In this document: piece by piece, positions 12,660-25,406 of the stretch
Numbering within the stretch: position 1 is the first letter of the stretch
How the letters are laid out: every line of letters begins with the position of its first letter
Assembly (NCBI RefSeq): GCF_006345805.1
Contig: NC_043001.1
Coordinates: forward strand, 11,780,001 to 11,844,000
Reading direction: 5' to 3'
DNA from: Octopus sinensis
Taxonomy: Eukaryota
DNA length: 64,000 nt
Made by a program: the position numbers and the translations under genes
The notes under the pieces: model-generated
What the model saw: the letters and a program-made list of their open reading frames with translations, nothing else
Databases searched by the model: none
Told to the model about the DNA's origin: nothing

Positions 12660-13287
12660 TTATTTTACAAATTTCTAATAATGATTTCATAATCAGTAAC
12701 ATATGAATTCTGCTGCAATATTGTTCCTGTTCAATATTCATCTTTCGATCCATTCATGCAGATCTCCGTTTGATTTTTAATAAATTTAAATTACCGAGTT
12801 TTCGTTCTTGCCTGCTTTGACAAGAACTGTTCTTGATGTTTGAAACTTTCTATTTCGTTATGCATTTAAAGCGCCGCTCCATTAAATATGTTAGATCTTA
12901 TCTAACTAGGTTCGCGATGCAGAAATCAGCTTTGGAGAATTTTATAAGTTCACAAAGGAATCTAATTTAACACCGGATCCACTCTGATTGCACCGATTTA
13001 AAGCGATGCTATAAGAAGTAAAAAAAAAAAAACGAAAGAAAAAGTAAATGCAATCATAATGTTTTCTGTTCCCTTAGTTTTCCAATCTTGTAAAAAAAAA
13101 GATGTCAATAGCTGTGGCAGATGTGGATATAACAGATAGTAGGGCGATGCTTGCATTATGATATATGCACATGGCGGGAATCAAAATGCATGATAAAATA
13201 GTTAAAGGCAGCCCAAATTTTTAAAGTATGTACACTGAGATAGGCTAATCACAGGGGCAGATGCGTGAAGACATATTATGAAGAGAT

Positions 13288-13981
13288 GCTCCGGCAGGGG
13301 ATGGTGGTGATCCCTGCTGTATTCTTTCGCCACAACTTGCTCTCACTCTTTCTTCTGTTGAGCTGCTCGCTTAGCGAAGCGCATTGTGACCAGCGATGTG
13401 TAGCAGCATCTGATAGCCTGGCACTGGTAGCGAACGCTGCTGTACTCTTTCTCTCACTCTGTCTTCCTATTTCTGTTGTACCTGTATTTCAAAGGCCGAC
13501 CCTTACCAAACTCCTTGTCTCTCCGAAATACTATTGTGAACTACAATCAAGAATAAGTGTCTTCGAAGTTACAAGTCACATATATAGCAATTTCTTACTG
13601 AAAGTACTTACAATGTATGACTATATATCAACTAGTGGAGTCGCAACGTCCCAGTGGTCAGGAGAGCGGACACGCGCTCATAGGATCACGGTTTCGATTC
13701 CCAGACCGGGCGTTGTGAATGTTTATTGAGCAAAAACACTTAAAGCTCTACGAGGCTCCGGCAGGCACTGGTAGCGAACGCTTCTGTACTCTTTCTCTCA
13801 CTCTGTCTTCCTATTTCTGTTGTACCTGTATTTCAAAGGCCGACCCTTACCAAACTCCGAGTATCCCCGAAAACTACGTGTCTGTGGAGTGTTTAGCCAC
13901 TTGCAAGTTATTTACCACGAGCAGGCTGTTCCGTTGATTGGATCAACTGGAACCCTCGTCTTCGTAACCGACAGAGTGCCG
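13288..13981 (+). mobile_element. Composite of family C SINE pieces (body+T1, then head+T2)
   Basis: A segment of about 95 bp (ggcactggtagcgaacgc...ttaccaaactcc) occurs at both 13420 and 13764. Confidence 0.75.
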
Positions 13982-14559
13982 TAGTATATTTCAACTCACT
14001 CACACAAACGCATACATATACAGACATATGTGTGTAAGTCCAGTTAGTATGAATATTGGACATACAAACATAAAGAAATAATTTATAGATTTTGATAGAA
14101 GACTATGAGTTGTAATTAAAACTAAACTATAATCTGGCCCACGGTTTAGTCGAGTCATTAACGACACATTATCTCAACGGTTTCTCTACCGTCCGCTTCA
14201 ATCCGCAACGAGATTTCCCCACATTCATTGAAAGAATGCATTTCCACAGCGTATTAGCAACTTGATGTTTGTATCTCTTTCTCTGTTCTCTATCTACATA
14301 TTAGCGATTATTCAGCTACTCTAAGATTGACTGAACAAAGCCTTAATTTTGGGCATAATACTTTTTAACTCATCATGCACACACAAACACACATGCACGC
14401 AGTGAGGTAGCCTTAATTATTGGTAAGATATTTTTATTTTACACCACACGCATAGGCACCTCACACAGACACACATACATAGACACATTCTTATGAGTCA
14501 ACGAAATACATAATGGAGAGAAATCATCTTTGAGATTCCAGTTGCTTGGTGCAAATACC

Positions 14560-14789
14560 TATTTCTTTATTATCCACAAGGGGCTAAACACAGAGGGGAC
14601 AAACAAGGACAGACATAGGTATTAAGTCGATTACACCAATCCCAGTGCGTAACTGGTACTTAATTTATCGATCCCGAAAGAATTAAAGGCAAAGTCGACC
14701 TCGGCGGAATTTGAACTCACAACGTAACGCAGACGAAATACCGCTTAGCATTTCGCCCGGCGTGCTAACGTTTCTGCCAGCTCCCCGCC
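14560..14789 (-). mobile_element. SINE family A
   Basis: Full length; TSD gcttggtg(c/g)aaatacc on both sides. Confidence 0.9.
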
Positions 14790-15000
14790 TTGCTTGGTGG
14801 AAATACCACGAATTGTTTGCGCAGCCATAACTATCGTTGTAGTGTAGCAAACCTAGACAAGGATAAATAAATAAATGTCTTTTCCTTCCTCTCAGGGTAT
14901 AGAAAATTGGATCAACATGAACAATTACTGATGTTTTGTATCCACCAAAGATAAAATTTAACTTAATCTGTCTCTAAACATAGCTAGTACCTATATCAGT

Positions 15001-15267
15001 GTGATCCCCGTGACCCACCAGGCTATCAGATGCTGCTACACATCGCTGGTCACAATGCGCTTCGCTAAGCGAGCAGGTCAACAGAAGAAAGAGTGAGAGA
15101 AAGTTGTGGCGAAAGAATACAGCAGGGATCACCCCCCCCCTGCCGGAGCCTCGTGGAGCTTTAGGTATTTTCGCTCAATAAACACTCACAACGCCCGGTC
15201 TGGGAATCGAAACCACGATCCTGTAACCGCGAATCCGCTGCCCTAACCACAGGGTCATTGCGCCTCC
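15001..15267 (-). mobile_element. SINE family C with tail T1 (internal deletion)
   Basis: Head ggaggcgcaatg..., body and shortened T1 tail. Confidence 0.85.
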
Positions 15268-15533
15268 ACAGTACTTATATATAATCACAAAAATTAGTGA
15301 TTTTGCACAGTTGAGTACCTAGATGCTCCTTAATAATACTTTAGCAGTAATTTCTGTAGATTATTTAATTATGCCCACATTTCTTGCTATAATCCTATTG
15401 CAAACCGTGCAAGTTCTTAATGCAGCGGATGGGGCTGAGGGCATTTTGCTATGAAGTGACAAACGCGAAGGATTACTAGTCTTTCCTTGTGTCCTTTCAT
15501 TGTAGCCATCAATACCTTTCATTATATTATGGA

Positions 15534-15913
15534 AGCACTCCATCGGTTACGACGACGAGGGTTCCGGTTGATCCGAATCAACGGAACAGCCTGCTCGTGA
15601 AATTAACGTATAAGTAGCTGAGCACTCCACAGACACGTGCACCCTTAACGTAGTTCTCGGGGATATTCAGCGTGACACAGAGAGTGACAAGGCTGGCCCC
15701 TTGAAATACAGGTACAGCAGAAACAGGAAGTAAGAGTGAGAGAAAGTTGTGGTGAAAGAGTACAGCAGGGATCACCACCATCCCCTGCCAGAGCCTCGTG
15801 GACCTTTTAGGTGTTTTCGCTCAATAAACACTCACAACGCCTGGTCTGGGGATCGAAACCGCGATCCTATGACCGCGAGTCCGCTGCCATAACCACTGGG
15901 CCATTGCGCCTCC
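15534..15913 (-). mobile_element. SINE family C with tail T2
   Basis: Full length; TSD acctttcattatatta on both sides. Confidence 0.9.
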
Positions 15914-16318
15914 ACCTTTCATTATATTAAAAACCCGGTGATTGATTAAACGAAAGCATTATCTAAAGATCGGTTAGTTAATTGGTTGAATAGGTTACTA
16001 ATTGACTAATAAACATTAAAGAAATTACTTAGAATCAGTGCATGTCTTATTTATAGGCATAATGACCAATTCAAGATGCACGAAATTACTTTAGAAGCGA
16101 AGTGCGATTACATAACTGGACAAAGACCTCGAAATTTTCTTCAGGTCAATCCACCATATGCCAGGTTTTTGTAAATATAAACAATGCTTGAATGAAATTT
16201 CATGTGAGAAATTTTTCGTTTTCAGAAGGTAGGAAATAAAGAAGTGAGCAGCATTGTTCCTCGTATCTTTCACTGTTTGAACACAATGATAAATGCAGAT
16301 TATTAGGCGAACTGTTAC

Positions 16319-16477
16319 CAATTTTATCTAAGATGGCTACGCCAGGAATGCAGCGAATGATGTAACGTTTACCCCAATCAATGCATGTCGTAGGGATATA
16401 GGAATTAAGATAATGTAACAGGGCATGAGAACCAGCGGGTGTTGATATTGAAATAACAGTTTTACTCCCAAAACAGC
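16319..16477 (-). CDS. Candidate phase 1-1 exon of an unidentified gene
   Basis: Acceptor cttctattatttcttcag, 159-nt open frame GCFGSKTVISISTPAGSHALLHYLNSYIPTTCIDWGKRYIIRCIPGVAILDKI, donor G|gtaaca. Confidence 0.3.
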
Positions 16478-17686
16478 CTGAAGAAATAATAGAAGAACAC
16501 GGTTAAAGTAAACGAAAGGCATGTATTCGTTAAGTACCTGACAGCAAGAATCCACACGGCAAAACAAAAGGAAACGGGAAAAAAGAGCAACAGAGACAGC
16601 GATATTATGTTTTAAAGTAGCTAAATATCAAGTACCGCCATTGTTTGAAGGCAATGCATGTGTGAGGGTGTAACGTAAAATCAATGTTTGTGGATCGTGT
16701 CGAAAACCCTAAAAATACAATATAAATGCGATAATCCAGTTCACAAAAGAAGGGGAATAGAAATAGCCTGGCCTGCTGCATACCTGTTCGGAGATCGGTT
16801 TATAATGATGATGATGATGATGATAATACTAATGATAATAAAAATGATAATAATAATAATAATAATTATTATTATTATTATATATTGTGAAGTCAAAACT
16901 GTTCTCTTTCACATATTATTGATCGTAGATTTTGCCCCTTGTCACCCAGAATCGCCATAGCACCATCAACAGAATTGTTCAGTTAATGAGTTTTGTGCCA
17001 AATCTGTCACTTTTGCAAACAGATGACCAAGTCGTTATTAAAAGCATATTGACTTCGATACATATTTGATCAGCTACGAAATCCTATTGATGAAGGAAAA
17101 AAAGGTTCAATACTTAAAAGAAAAAAGTCCCCCCCCAAAAAAAAAAAACTATATGAAAACCATTCAATGTCTTAGGTGATGTAAAATATAAAGTAGTAAA
17201 AAAAAGGGACCTCGAAACAAAAAGATGGGAGGGAGAAATATGAAAGTTGTGCGGTAAAAGTTCCGCCCTGAATTTGTTGACATTTTTGAAGGACTTGAAA
17301 AACTACATGTCAGATTGTTTGAAATGAAACGACAACAGTTGTTCATATTGATTATCAATTGTAAATCGATGTTGCTATGAATGAGGTTATTGAAATTTTT
17401 GGAGTTGCACAACAAAGGATTTACAAACACGGAAGACATTTAAACTGAAGAACGCTGAGGAACAAGGTTTCAGAACGAAAACTCCGGTTTATTATTTTCA
17501 CTCTTAAAGGGTTAGGCAGAATATATTTCTCACGGAAAAAATCAGAATTATGCGTTTGAGTCTCAGGTTTCAAACTTCGATCGAAGCAGGAGTCATTGTC
17601 GCAGATGAAGCTTTTGAGGCGTCAGATAAATCCGTTTGCTTCTTATCAAACTATATTATTCCTTGCCAGTGCTATTTGTATCATGA

Positions 17687-18103
17687 AGGGCGGCGAGCTG
17701 GCAGAAACGTTAGCGCGCCGGCCAAAATGCCTGGCGATATTTCGTCTGTCCTTACGTACTGAGCTCAAATTCCGGCGATGTCGACTTTGCCTTTCATCCT
17801 TTCGGGGTCGATAAATTAAGAACCAGTTACTCTCTGGAGTCGATATAATCAACTTAATCCGTTTGTCTGTCCTTGTTCGTCCCCTCTGTGTTTAGCCCCT
17901 TGTGGGCAGTAAAGAAATAGGTATTTCGTTTGCAGTTATGTTCTGAGTTCAAATTCCGCCGAGGTCGACTTTGCCTTTCATCCTTTCGGGGTTGATAAAT
18001 TAAGTACCAGTTTCGCGCTGGGGTTAATGTAATCGACCTAATCCGTTTGTCTGTCCTTGTTTGTTCTCTCTGTGTTTAGCCCCTTGTGGGCAGTAAAGAA
18101 ATA
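17687..18103 (+). mobile_element. SINE family A head-to-tail 1.8-mer
   Basis: Full unit, junction aaagaaatag|gtatttcgt at 17920, head-less second unit; one TSD tatttgtatcat (17673-17684, 18106-18117). Confidence 0.9.
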
Positions 18104-18253
18104 TATATTTGTATCATCATTTTAGCGCAGTGTTTCATGTTTTGTGTAGCTCTATGCTGCGTATACAACTCCTGTTGGCTGATTTTGTAATCTAAATAAA
18201 TGTTAACTCTCTTCAGATATGTGCTGATGGAGTGCCACATATAGAAATATTGT

Positions 18254-18622
18254 GACACTCAGTCGGTTACGACGACGTGGGTTCCACTTGATCCGAACGA
18301 CGGAACAACCTGCTCGGGAAATTAACGTGCAAGTGCCTGAGCACTCCACAGACACGCGTACCCTTAACGTAGCCCTCGAGGAGATTCAGCGTGACGCAGG
18401 GTGTGACAAGGCTGGCTCTTTGAAATACATGTACAACAGAAACAGGAAGAAAGAGAGAGAGAAAGTTGTGATGAAAAGTACAGCAGGCTTCACAACCACC
18501 CCCTGCCGGAGCCCCACAGAGATTTAGGTGTTTTCGCTCAATAAACACTAACAACGCCCGGAATCGAAACCGCGATCCTATGAACGCGAGTCCGCTGCCG
18601 TAACCACTGGGCAATTGTATCT
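18254..18622 (-). mobile_element. SINE family C with tail T2
   Basis: Matches the copy at 15534-15913. Confidence 0.85.
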
Positions 18623-18847
18623 ACACAGAGAAATATGCCGAACAAAATATACCTAACATATAAATAAATTTCTGGTTTCATATGAACCTTATAAAGAAGA
18701 AAGACGGTCACGTTTCGATGGATATTCTTCATCTTTTATACTTCGGAAGATTGTTCTTAAATTTTGCATAACATGTTCGGGGTGGGGGTAAGACGATTAC
18801 GTTGACTACAGCGCACCCCTTAACTTTAAAATATTTCTTATTTTAAA

Positions 18848-19190
18848 GACGGCGAGCTAGCAGAAATTTTAGCACACTGGGCGAAATGCATTGCAGTATT
18901 TGGTCTACCGTTGCGTTCTGAGTTCAAATTCCGCAGAGGTTGACTTTGCCTTTCATCCTTTCGGGGTCAATTAAATAAGTACCAGTTACGCACTGGGGAC
19001 GATATAATCGACTTAATCCGCTTGTCTGTCCTCATTTGTCCTACCTTGCGGGTAGTAAAGAAATAGGTATTTCGTCTGCCGCTATGTTCTGAGTTGAAAT
19101 TCCGTCGCGGTTGACTTTATCTTTCATGGTGGATAAATTAAGTACCAGCCCCATCCCCAAAGGTTTCGGGCCTTGTGCCTAAAGTAGAAA
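18848..19190 (+). mobile_element. SINE family A chimeric dimer
   Basis: Same junction at 19066; second unit has the variant tail; one TSD aaaatatttcttatttt (18828-18844, 19190-19206). Confidence 0.85.
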
Positions 19191-19516
19191 AAATATTTCT
19201 TATTTTGAATATTGTTTGTGACATTATTGGGAGAAAGAGGACTCCTACTGAAATGAAAACATAATTTTCACTTAGTTTAGTCCTAAACTAACAATTTTAA
19301 GAGAAGGAGGATGTAAATAGCAGTACTGAACTGGTACACTATTACACTATTTCATCAAACTCAAAGGTTGAAAAGTATAGTTCACACAAGCAGGATTTGA
19401 ACTGAGAGCGTAGAGAGCCAGAATTGATACTGAAAAGCAGCGTGCGTGACGTTTCAAGAATTCTATCAACTTGTCAACTTCCCTTTTATACGTGTGTGTG
19501 TATGTGTGTATATATA

Positions 19517-19664
<148 letters not shown>

Positions 19665-20257
19665 TGATTTTCTCCCAAAGCACTAACAGTATGAAACTAC
19701 ATTAGAAGACAAGGTGGCGTGTTCTGCGACCGAACCGAAAGGCACGTGATTGAGAAGCGAAGTTTTTAATCACACACCAATGATAGAAATAATAGGAAAT
19801 CCCCCCCACACACACAATCCAAGAGAGGCCAAACATCACAACCCCCCATATTATTAATATAGGATGTTTTGAACATAGAATAGTGTCTACATCACTATTG
19901 ATTTCCGTCATTTAAAAGGCACGAATTGAAGAGAAAATATAATAGAAACACGGGAAAGCGGAAATAAAAGAAAAAAGAAACGATAAATATATAAGGATGT
20001 GTTAGCTATGAAATCGTGGAATGGTGGAGCCGATTCACTTGACGGATTTTTATGATCGGCGTATAACGTATACATATCAAGGCAGGGCGATTCCTAAAGC
20101 TTCCCACATTAATAATTTCACTGCTTTGAATCATCATTAAAATGAATAGAAAGATCAATGCTTATAACTGACAATTCAGAACATTGATTTTGTGAACATT
20201 TTTTACTTAATAGCAAACAAGATTTCACCATTAAGTCACATATTATGGCAATCCTAC

Positions 20258-21223
20258 CAGATCTTAAAACACATTAGCAGACTGTCATCACTCTTGATGC
20301 TGCTGCTGGTGCGGTTATCTTTTAACAATAGACAGTGCTGATGGATCAGACGTACAAATGCATTCTCTTCGTGACAGTATTGCTGTTTTCAGTAAAAAAA
20401 AAATTATTACTTGAAAATGGACGATTATTTAATAGGCGTTCATATTTTAAAAAGGTAGTAGAACGTGGTTAGTGAGAGATCTTGCAGCTCTATCTAACAC
20501 GACGGGCGACCGAATTATGGACTCGTGTACTGTGGCACAATCGCAAAAATGGTTATGGAATACCTATTTCTTTACTACCCACAAGGGGCTAAACACAGAG
20601 GGGACAAACAAGGACAGACAAACGAATTAAGTCGATTGTATCGACCCCAGTGTGTAACTGGTACTTATTTAATCGACCCCGAAAGGATGAAAGGCAAAGT
20701 TGACCTCGGCGGAATTTGAGCTCAGAACGTAGCGGCAGACGAAATACCGCAAAGCATTTCGCCCGGGGTCCTAACGATTCTTCCAGCTCGCCGCCTTATA
20801 ATGGATATAGAATACCAATGTGATTTGCTGAGCTTCATTCAATGTTGTTGCTGTTTCAATCAATGTTGCTGCTATATCGATTGTCAAATTAAGTTTCATC
20901 ACTCTGCTATAAAATGAAGAATGGGTCATAAATATTTTCACATTAATTGAGGAGTTTTCTTCGTCGCTATTATTGTTATCTTATCAAACTCGTAATTATT
21001 CCGTACTCGAAGTGTATGTTCAAAATACAGTTGAAGCACAATTATCCTCGACCATATGATAAATCTTTTGGGCAAAGACCCCCCCAAAAAAAAATTCATC
21101 CACTGATTTCAATCATGTAACTGAACATTTGTGGTGCTTCGTTAACATACTCTCCAGTTATGGTTGAGCAGATACTATCGTCATAAATATTGCAAAAAGA
21201 ACTTTTCCCAATGAAATCGGATT
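20258..21223 (-). CDS. Three phase-compatible candidate exons (21223-21151, 20906-20816, 20382-20258)
   Basis: AG/GT-bounded open segments join in frame as ESDFIGKSSFCNIYDDSICSTITG-D-RVMKLNLTIDIAATLIETATTLNEAQQITL-QYCHEENAFVRLIHQH...; no family recognised. Confidence 0.25.
20564..20795 (-). mobile_element. SINE family A
   Basis: Full-length family A match. Confidence 0.9.
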
Positions 21224-21719
21224 CTGTTAGATGAATGAGAAATAGAAAAAATTGCGTAGTACAACGCACCCGGTGATGCACATGTTGCGATAGAACTGCT
21301 CTACTCAATAAATTTGAAATCATATACCATGTATCTTCTTGCTTAACGAAGAGTATTAATCAAGAGTGATTACTAAAGTTGAGACCAAATAAAAATATTT
21401 CCGATGTTATTATCTCCTAACCAAGAATATGTCGTATAAATAGACAAGCTAATACCCTCTGTATACATAGATGTTCTTCACATCGCCTGCAGCCTGCTAA
21501 CACTCAGTTAATACTAGCCTGCAGTTAGCTAATACACAGCAGATTCTATTATAGAATAACATAATATATATGTGTGTGTGTGTATTTTTTCATTGTGTAC
21601 AAATAACACGAAAAAATTTAGTTACCAGGGTAGCAAAAAATCACATATTTACCAAGGATGTTACAGTCTACTTAAAAGGTAGAAATTCCAGGGTTTAGTG
21701 AAATGGTTTTTGTATAACA

Positions 21720-22000
21720 GAAAACGAAAGAAATGGAGTTAAACGCAGGGGTTATTCAAATCTTTATACTTCCGACATATGTTTCGAAGAAAACATTGGT
21801 ATTATTCCAGAGGTAATAAAATGATGTAAAACAATGCGATTTTCTTATAGAAGTTGTTTCTCTTTCTTTCCCTGACAAGATGATCGCATTGTTTTACATC
21901 ATGTTATTCCCTCTGGAATAATACCAACGTATTATTTGGAATTATGTTGGAATTATAAAGATTTGAACAACACCTCCATTTAACTCCATTTCTGTTTTTC
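21720..22000. repeat. Foldback F5 with diverged arms and hammerhead remnants
   Basis: 21720-21840 is an imperfect reverse complement of 21880-22000; minus arm has GAAAC-ATAT-GTC-ggaag at 21769-21785. Confidence 0.75.
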
Positions 22001-22003
22001 TTT

Positions 22004-22046
<43 letters not shown>

Positions 22047-22051
<5 letters not shown>

Positions 22052-23515
22052 ATTTGGGGACGGTCATTTTGCCAGTTTAGCCAATAAAACACATGCATTA
22101 TATATTTAGCCCAAATACCTGATCTACCGGAACTCACCTATCGCGTACAATGCCAAATTCAATATATATCAGAGTAATGCGAAATGTGCCCCGCATGTGC
22201 GACTCTATAGAGTCAAAGAGACACATACAACATTTCGTTAACCGCATGCAGTTCTCAGGTTACAGCCATAGAGAAAGGATCAGAGTATACAAAGGAGCCA
22301 TGAGGAAATTCGAAACTATCATACGTAACGATAGGAATGGGATTTGTCCACTCTATCGGAGCAAGTCATGGAACACTATTGAAAGAACTAAGAAGAGAAT
22401 AAGGAAGGCTAACTCATGGTATGATAGCCACAAATACCAGAGTGTCATGTTCGTTGACATCACCTCTAAAGGCGAACTCGCGTACCGCTTCAGAAAGAGC
22501 CCTAGACAAAATTAAGCTAAGAATTAAGGTTGTTGAAATGCTAGGCAATCCTATCAAATCCCTAATCGATAGAATCTGTCCTTTTAGTAGAACCCCCTGT
22601 ACTGGTAGGAACTGTACTGTATGTAGATTTATCCCACAAACAAACTGTAAAGCCAGATATGTAGTCTATGGTATAAGATGTACAGCGGGACGATGCAGTA
22701 ACAAGAGAACGACGTACGAAGGGGAAACAGCACGGAGCATAGGAGAGCGGATAAATGGGCATTGGAGGGATCTTAAGGAAGAGAAGAGTTCATCGGTTCT
22801 GTACCAGCACGCCGAGCAGGAACATGGGGACTCACTCAAAAACATAGAAGTGGAAATCTTGTCCACACATAGAATAGACGCAACCTTTAGATCAATTACA
22901 GAAGTTACACACATAATAGAAGATAAAACTAGCCTGAATAGGAAACTGGAATGGAACACTAGCACCCCCCAAAACACCACACTCTTTTTTCACAATAAGA
23001 TCCCCATTAACTGATAACAATATGAACAAAATAAAATACACTACACAGATAAACAAATGGAATTAAATAACTATACTCGTTAAGAAAATTAAATTAAATT
23101 AAATACAAAAAAAGAACGCATAGAAAAAAATAAGTAGGTATAAACACACGAACAAAATAAATAAAAACAAATTAAATGAACGCGTATAAACAGGGGATAC
23201 AGATAATACAGACACTCCTCCACACACACACTTACTAAACATAGACACACATAGGAGTATACGCATGCGCAAATCAAGACACATACAATAGGAATACAAA
23301 ATATAAAATGATTGATCGTTAGTAAGGAAAGACACACAAATAAGAAAGAAGAAAGCAAAGGACCAGTGATGAGGTCCACAGAAGTGTGATGAATAAACTC
23401 TGGCCGAAATACGATTAACGTAAAAATAAATAAAGCTGAAGCAAATTTACACCAAATACATAGTGCGAGTGTTTTATTGGCTAAACAGGCATCATGACCA
23501 TCCCCAAATGCAATA
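22047..23515 (+). mobile_element. Penelope-like retroelement 3' fragment (RT C-terminus, Cys-rich linker, GIY-YIG endonuclease), disrupted
   Basis: ORFs 22150-22515 and 22421-23014 give ...PCTGRNCTVC...CKARYVVYGIRC...YEGETARSIGERINGH... (GIY-YIG pattern); frameshift near 22500; about 50-bp inverted repeat at 22047-22095 and 23467-23515. Confidence 0.88.
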
Positions 23516-24469
23516 CTGTTTCAAAACGCGGATTCACATCAAGAATCTTGCTAAACGAATATATAAACGTAATACACACACACACAGATATATATATATA
23601 GTGTAATAAATAAAATATATGCATACATACAAACATATATGTACGTACCGACATCTACATGTAATATATACATGCATATATAAATATATATATACGTACA
23701 GGACATCACAAGAAGACGAAAAATCAACAGAACGAAAACGGAGAAGACATTTTGTTACAACAGAAGGACAGAGACGTGGAACAAGACGAAACGAAAACGA
23801 AAACGGGAAAAACAATTATGTGCAGCAGAAAAACGAAGTACAGGACATGCTACACAAGGAAAAATCCCCTTCATCAGCTGTCGCTAGCAGACACGTGTTT
23901 CGAAGGCAGAGACAGAAATAAAATAAATTCGTAGAGGAGTAAACGAGCAAGAAAAAATGTAACACAAAAAGGGACGTAACAAAGAACTGCACAAAAAATA
24001 CATACAAGAAAAAAATACAAAAACTCTCTCGCCAGATAATGAATTCTTGTTGAAAACCTAATTAGCGGTTAATTAAGCGGCGTCACTAAAAAAAAAATGT
24101 TTCACATCGTGAATAAAGTACACTTATGCATATTTCTTTTACATGAGAGACTTATTAGTTTTTAGCGATGGAATTAAAGATTCGATATGATTTCATTAAC
24201 ATAATTCTAACCGCAGATACGTTGCTATTATAATGCACTTTAATAGCGATAATACGTGAATGCATAATCAAAAAAGCACATATTGTCATGGAAGAGGAGA
24301 ATAATTCGAATAACACAGTAATTCACAACTTCTATGTTGGTTATATTATGGGTCCCTAAAGGGAAAATACAGAGTTTATACTGGGGCTGTTTGAACTCAG
24401 AATGAAAGAGATGCAATTAATTTAGAAATTTCGGTCAGCAATTTTTTGATTTTGCAGTACAATTAATAA

Positions 24470-24856
24470 TTTCTTTATTACCCTCAAGGGGCTAAACACA
24501 GAGAGGACAAACAAGGACAGAAAAACGGATTAAGTCGATTACATCGACACCAGTGCATAACTGGTACTTCATTTAGCGACCCCGAAAGGATGAAAGGTAA
24601 AGTCGACCCCGGCGGAATTTGAACTCAGAATGTAGCGACAGACGAAATACCTATTTCTTTACTACCCACAAGGGGCTAAACACAGAGAGGACAAACTAGG
24701 ACAGACAAACGGATTAAGTCGATTATATCGACCCCAGTGCGTAACTGGTACTTAATTTATCGACCCCGAAAGGAATTTGAACTTAGAACGTAACGCCAAA
24801 CGAAATACCGCCAAGCATCTCGCCCGGCGTGCTAACGTTTCTGCCAGCTCGCCGCC
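24470..24856 (-). mobile_element. SINE family A dimer
   Basis: Junction at 24650; one TSD of about 21 bp, ttttgcagtac(a/c)attaataat. Confidence 0.88.
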
Positions 24857-25406
24857 TTTTGCAGTACCATTAATAATAATAAGAATAAAAGTTGTTTCTA
24901 CCAAACGTCATATATTTTAAGAATGTTAACATTCATCCATTTGGGGTTGATATTTATATTAGGCAAGTGAAATGTCCTTCTCAAGTTATAAGCTCATAAA
25001 CCCGGTTTCCTGGGTTCTGTGGTGTATATATTACCTGCCATTGGACGGGACGCAGGTTCATCGCTTTTGAAGAGCCGAGTGAACTGCATCAATGAAAAAG
25101 ATGAAAAGGGAAAGTATTGCACGTTCCAGGCATCAAAATCACAATCTCGCCTTTATGAGTGCAACGCCGTGACCACTAAAGTAAGGATCTACACACCAGT
25201 CAAGTACTGAAACCGATATAATTGGCCTTATCCACTCCAGCATTTGACTAGTACTGATTTTATCGAATCCATCAAGATATAAACCACAGGGATTTGAACA
25301 CAGAGATTAGAAAAATGCAATTACATACCGCAAAGTGCTTAGAGATTTCATCAGTACGCCGTTCTAATAATAATGATGATAATAATAATGATAATAATAA
25401 TAATAA

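Noticed and set aside
15850-15913. tRNA genes in SINE heads
   Set aside because: A/B boxes are present but there is no complete acceptor stem, and they are embedded in SINE bodies.
23360-23420. Hammerhead in the Penelope 3' region (GTGATGA-ggtc...ggcc-GAAA)
   Set aside because: Core C3 is mutated and there is no stem I pairing.
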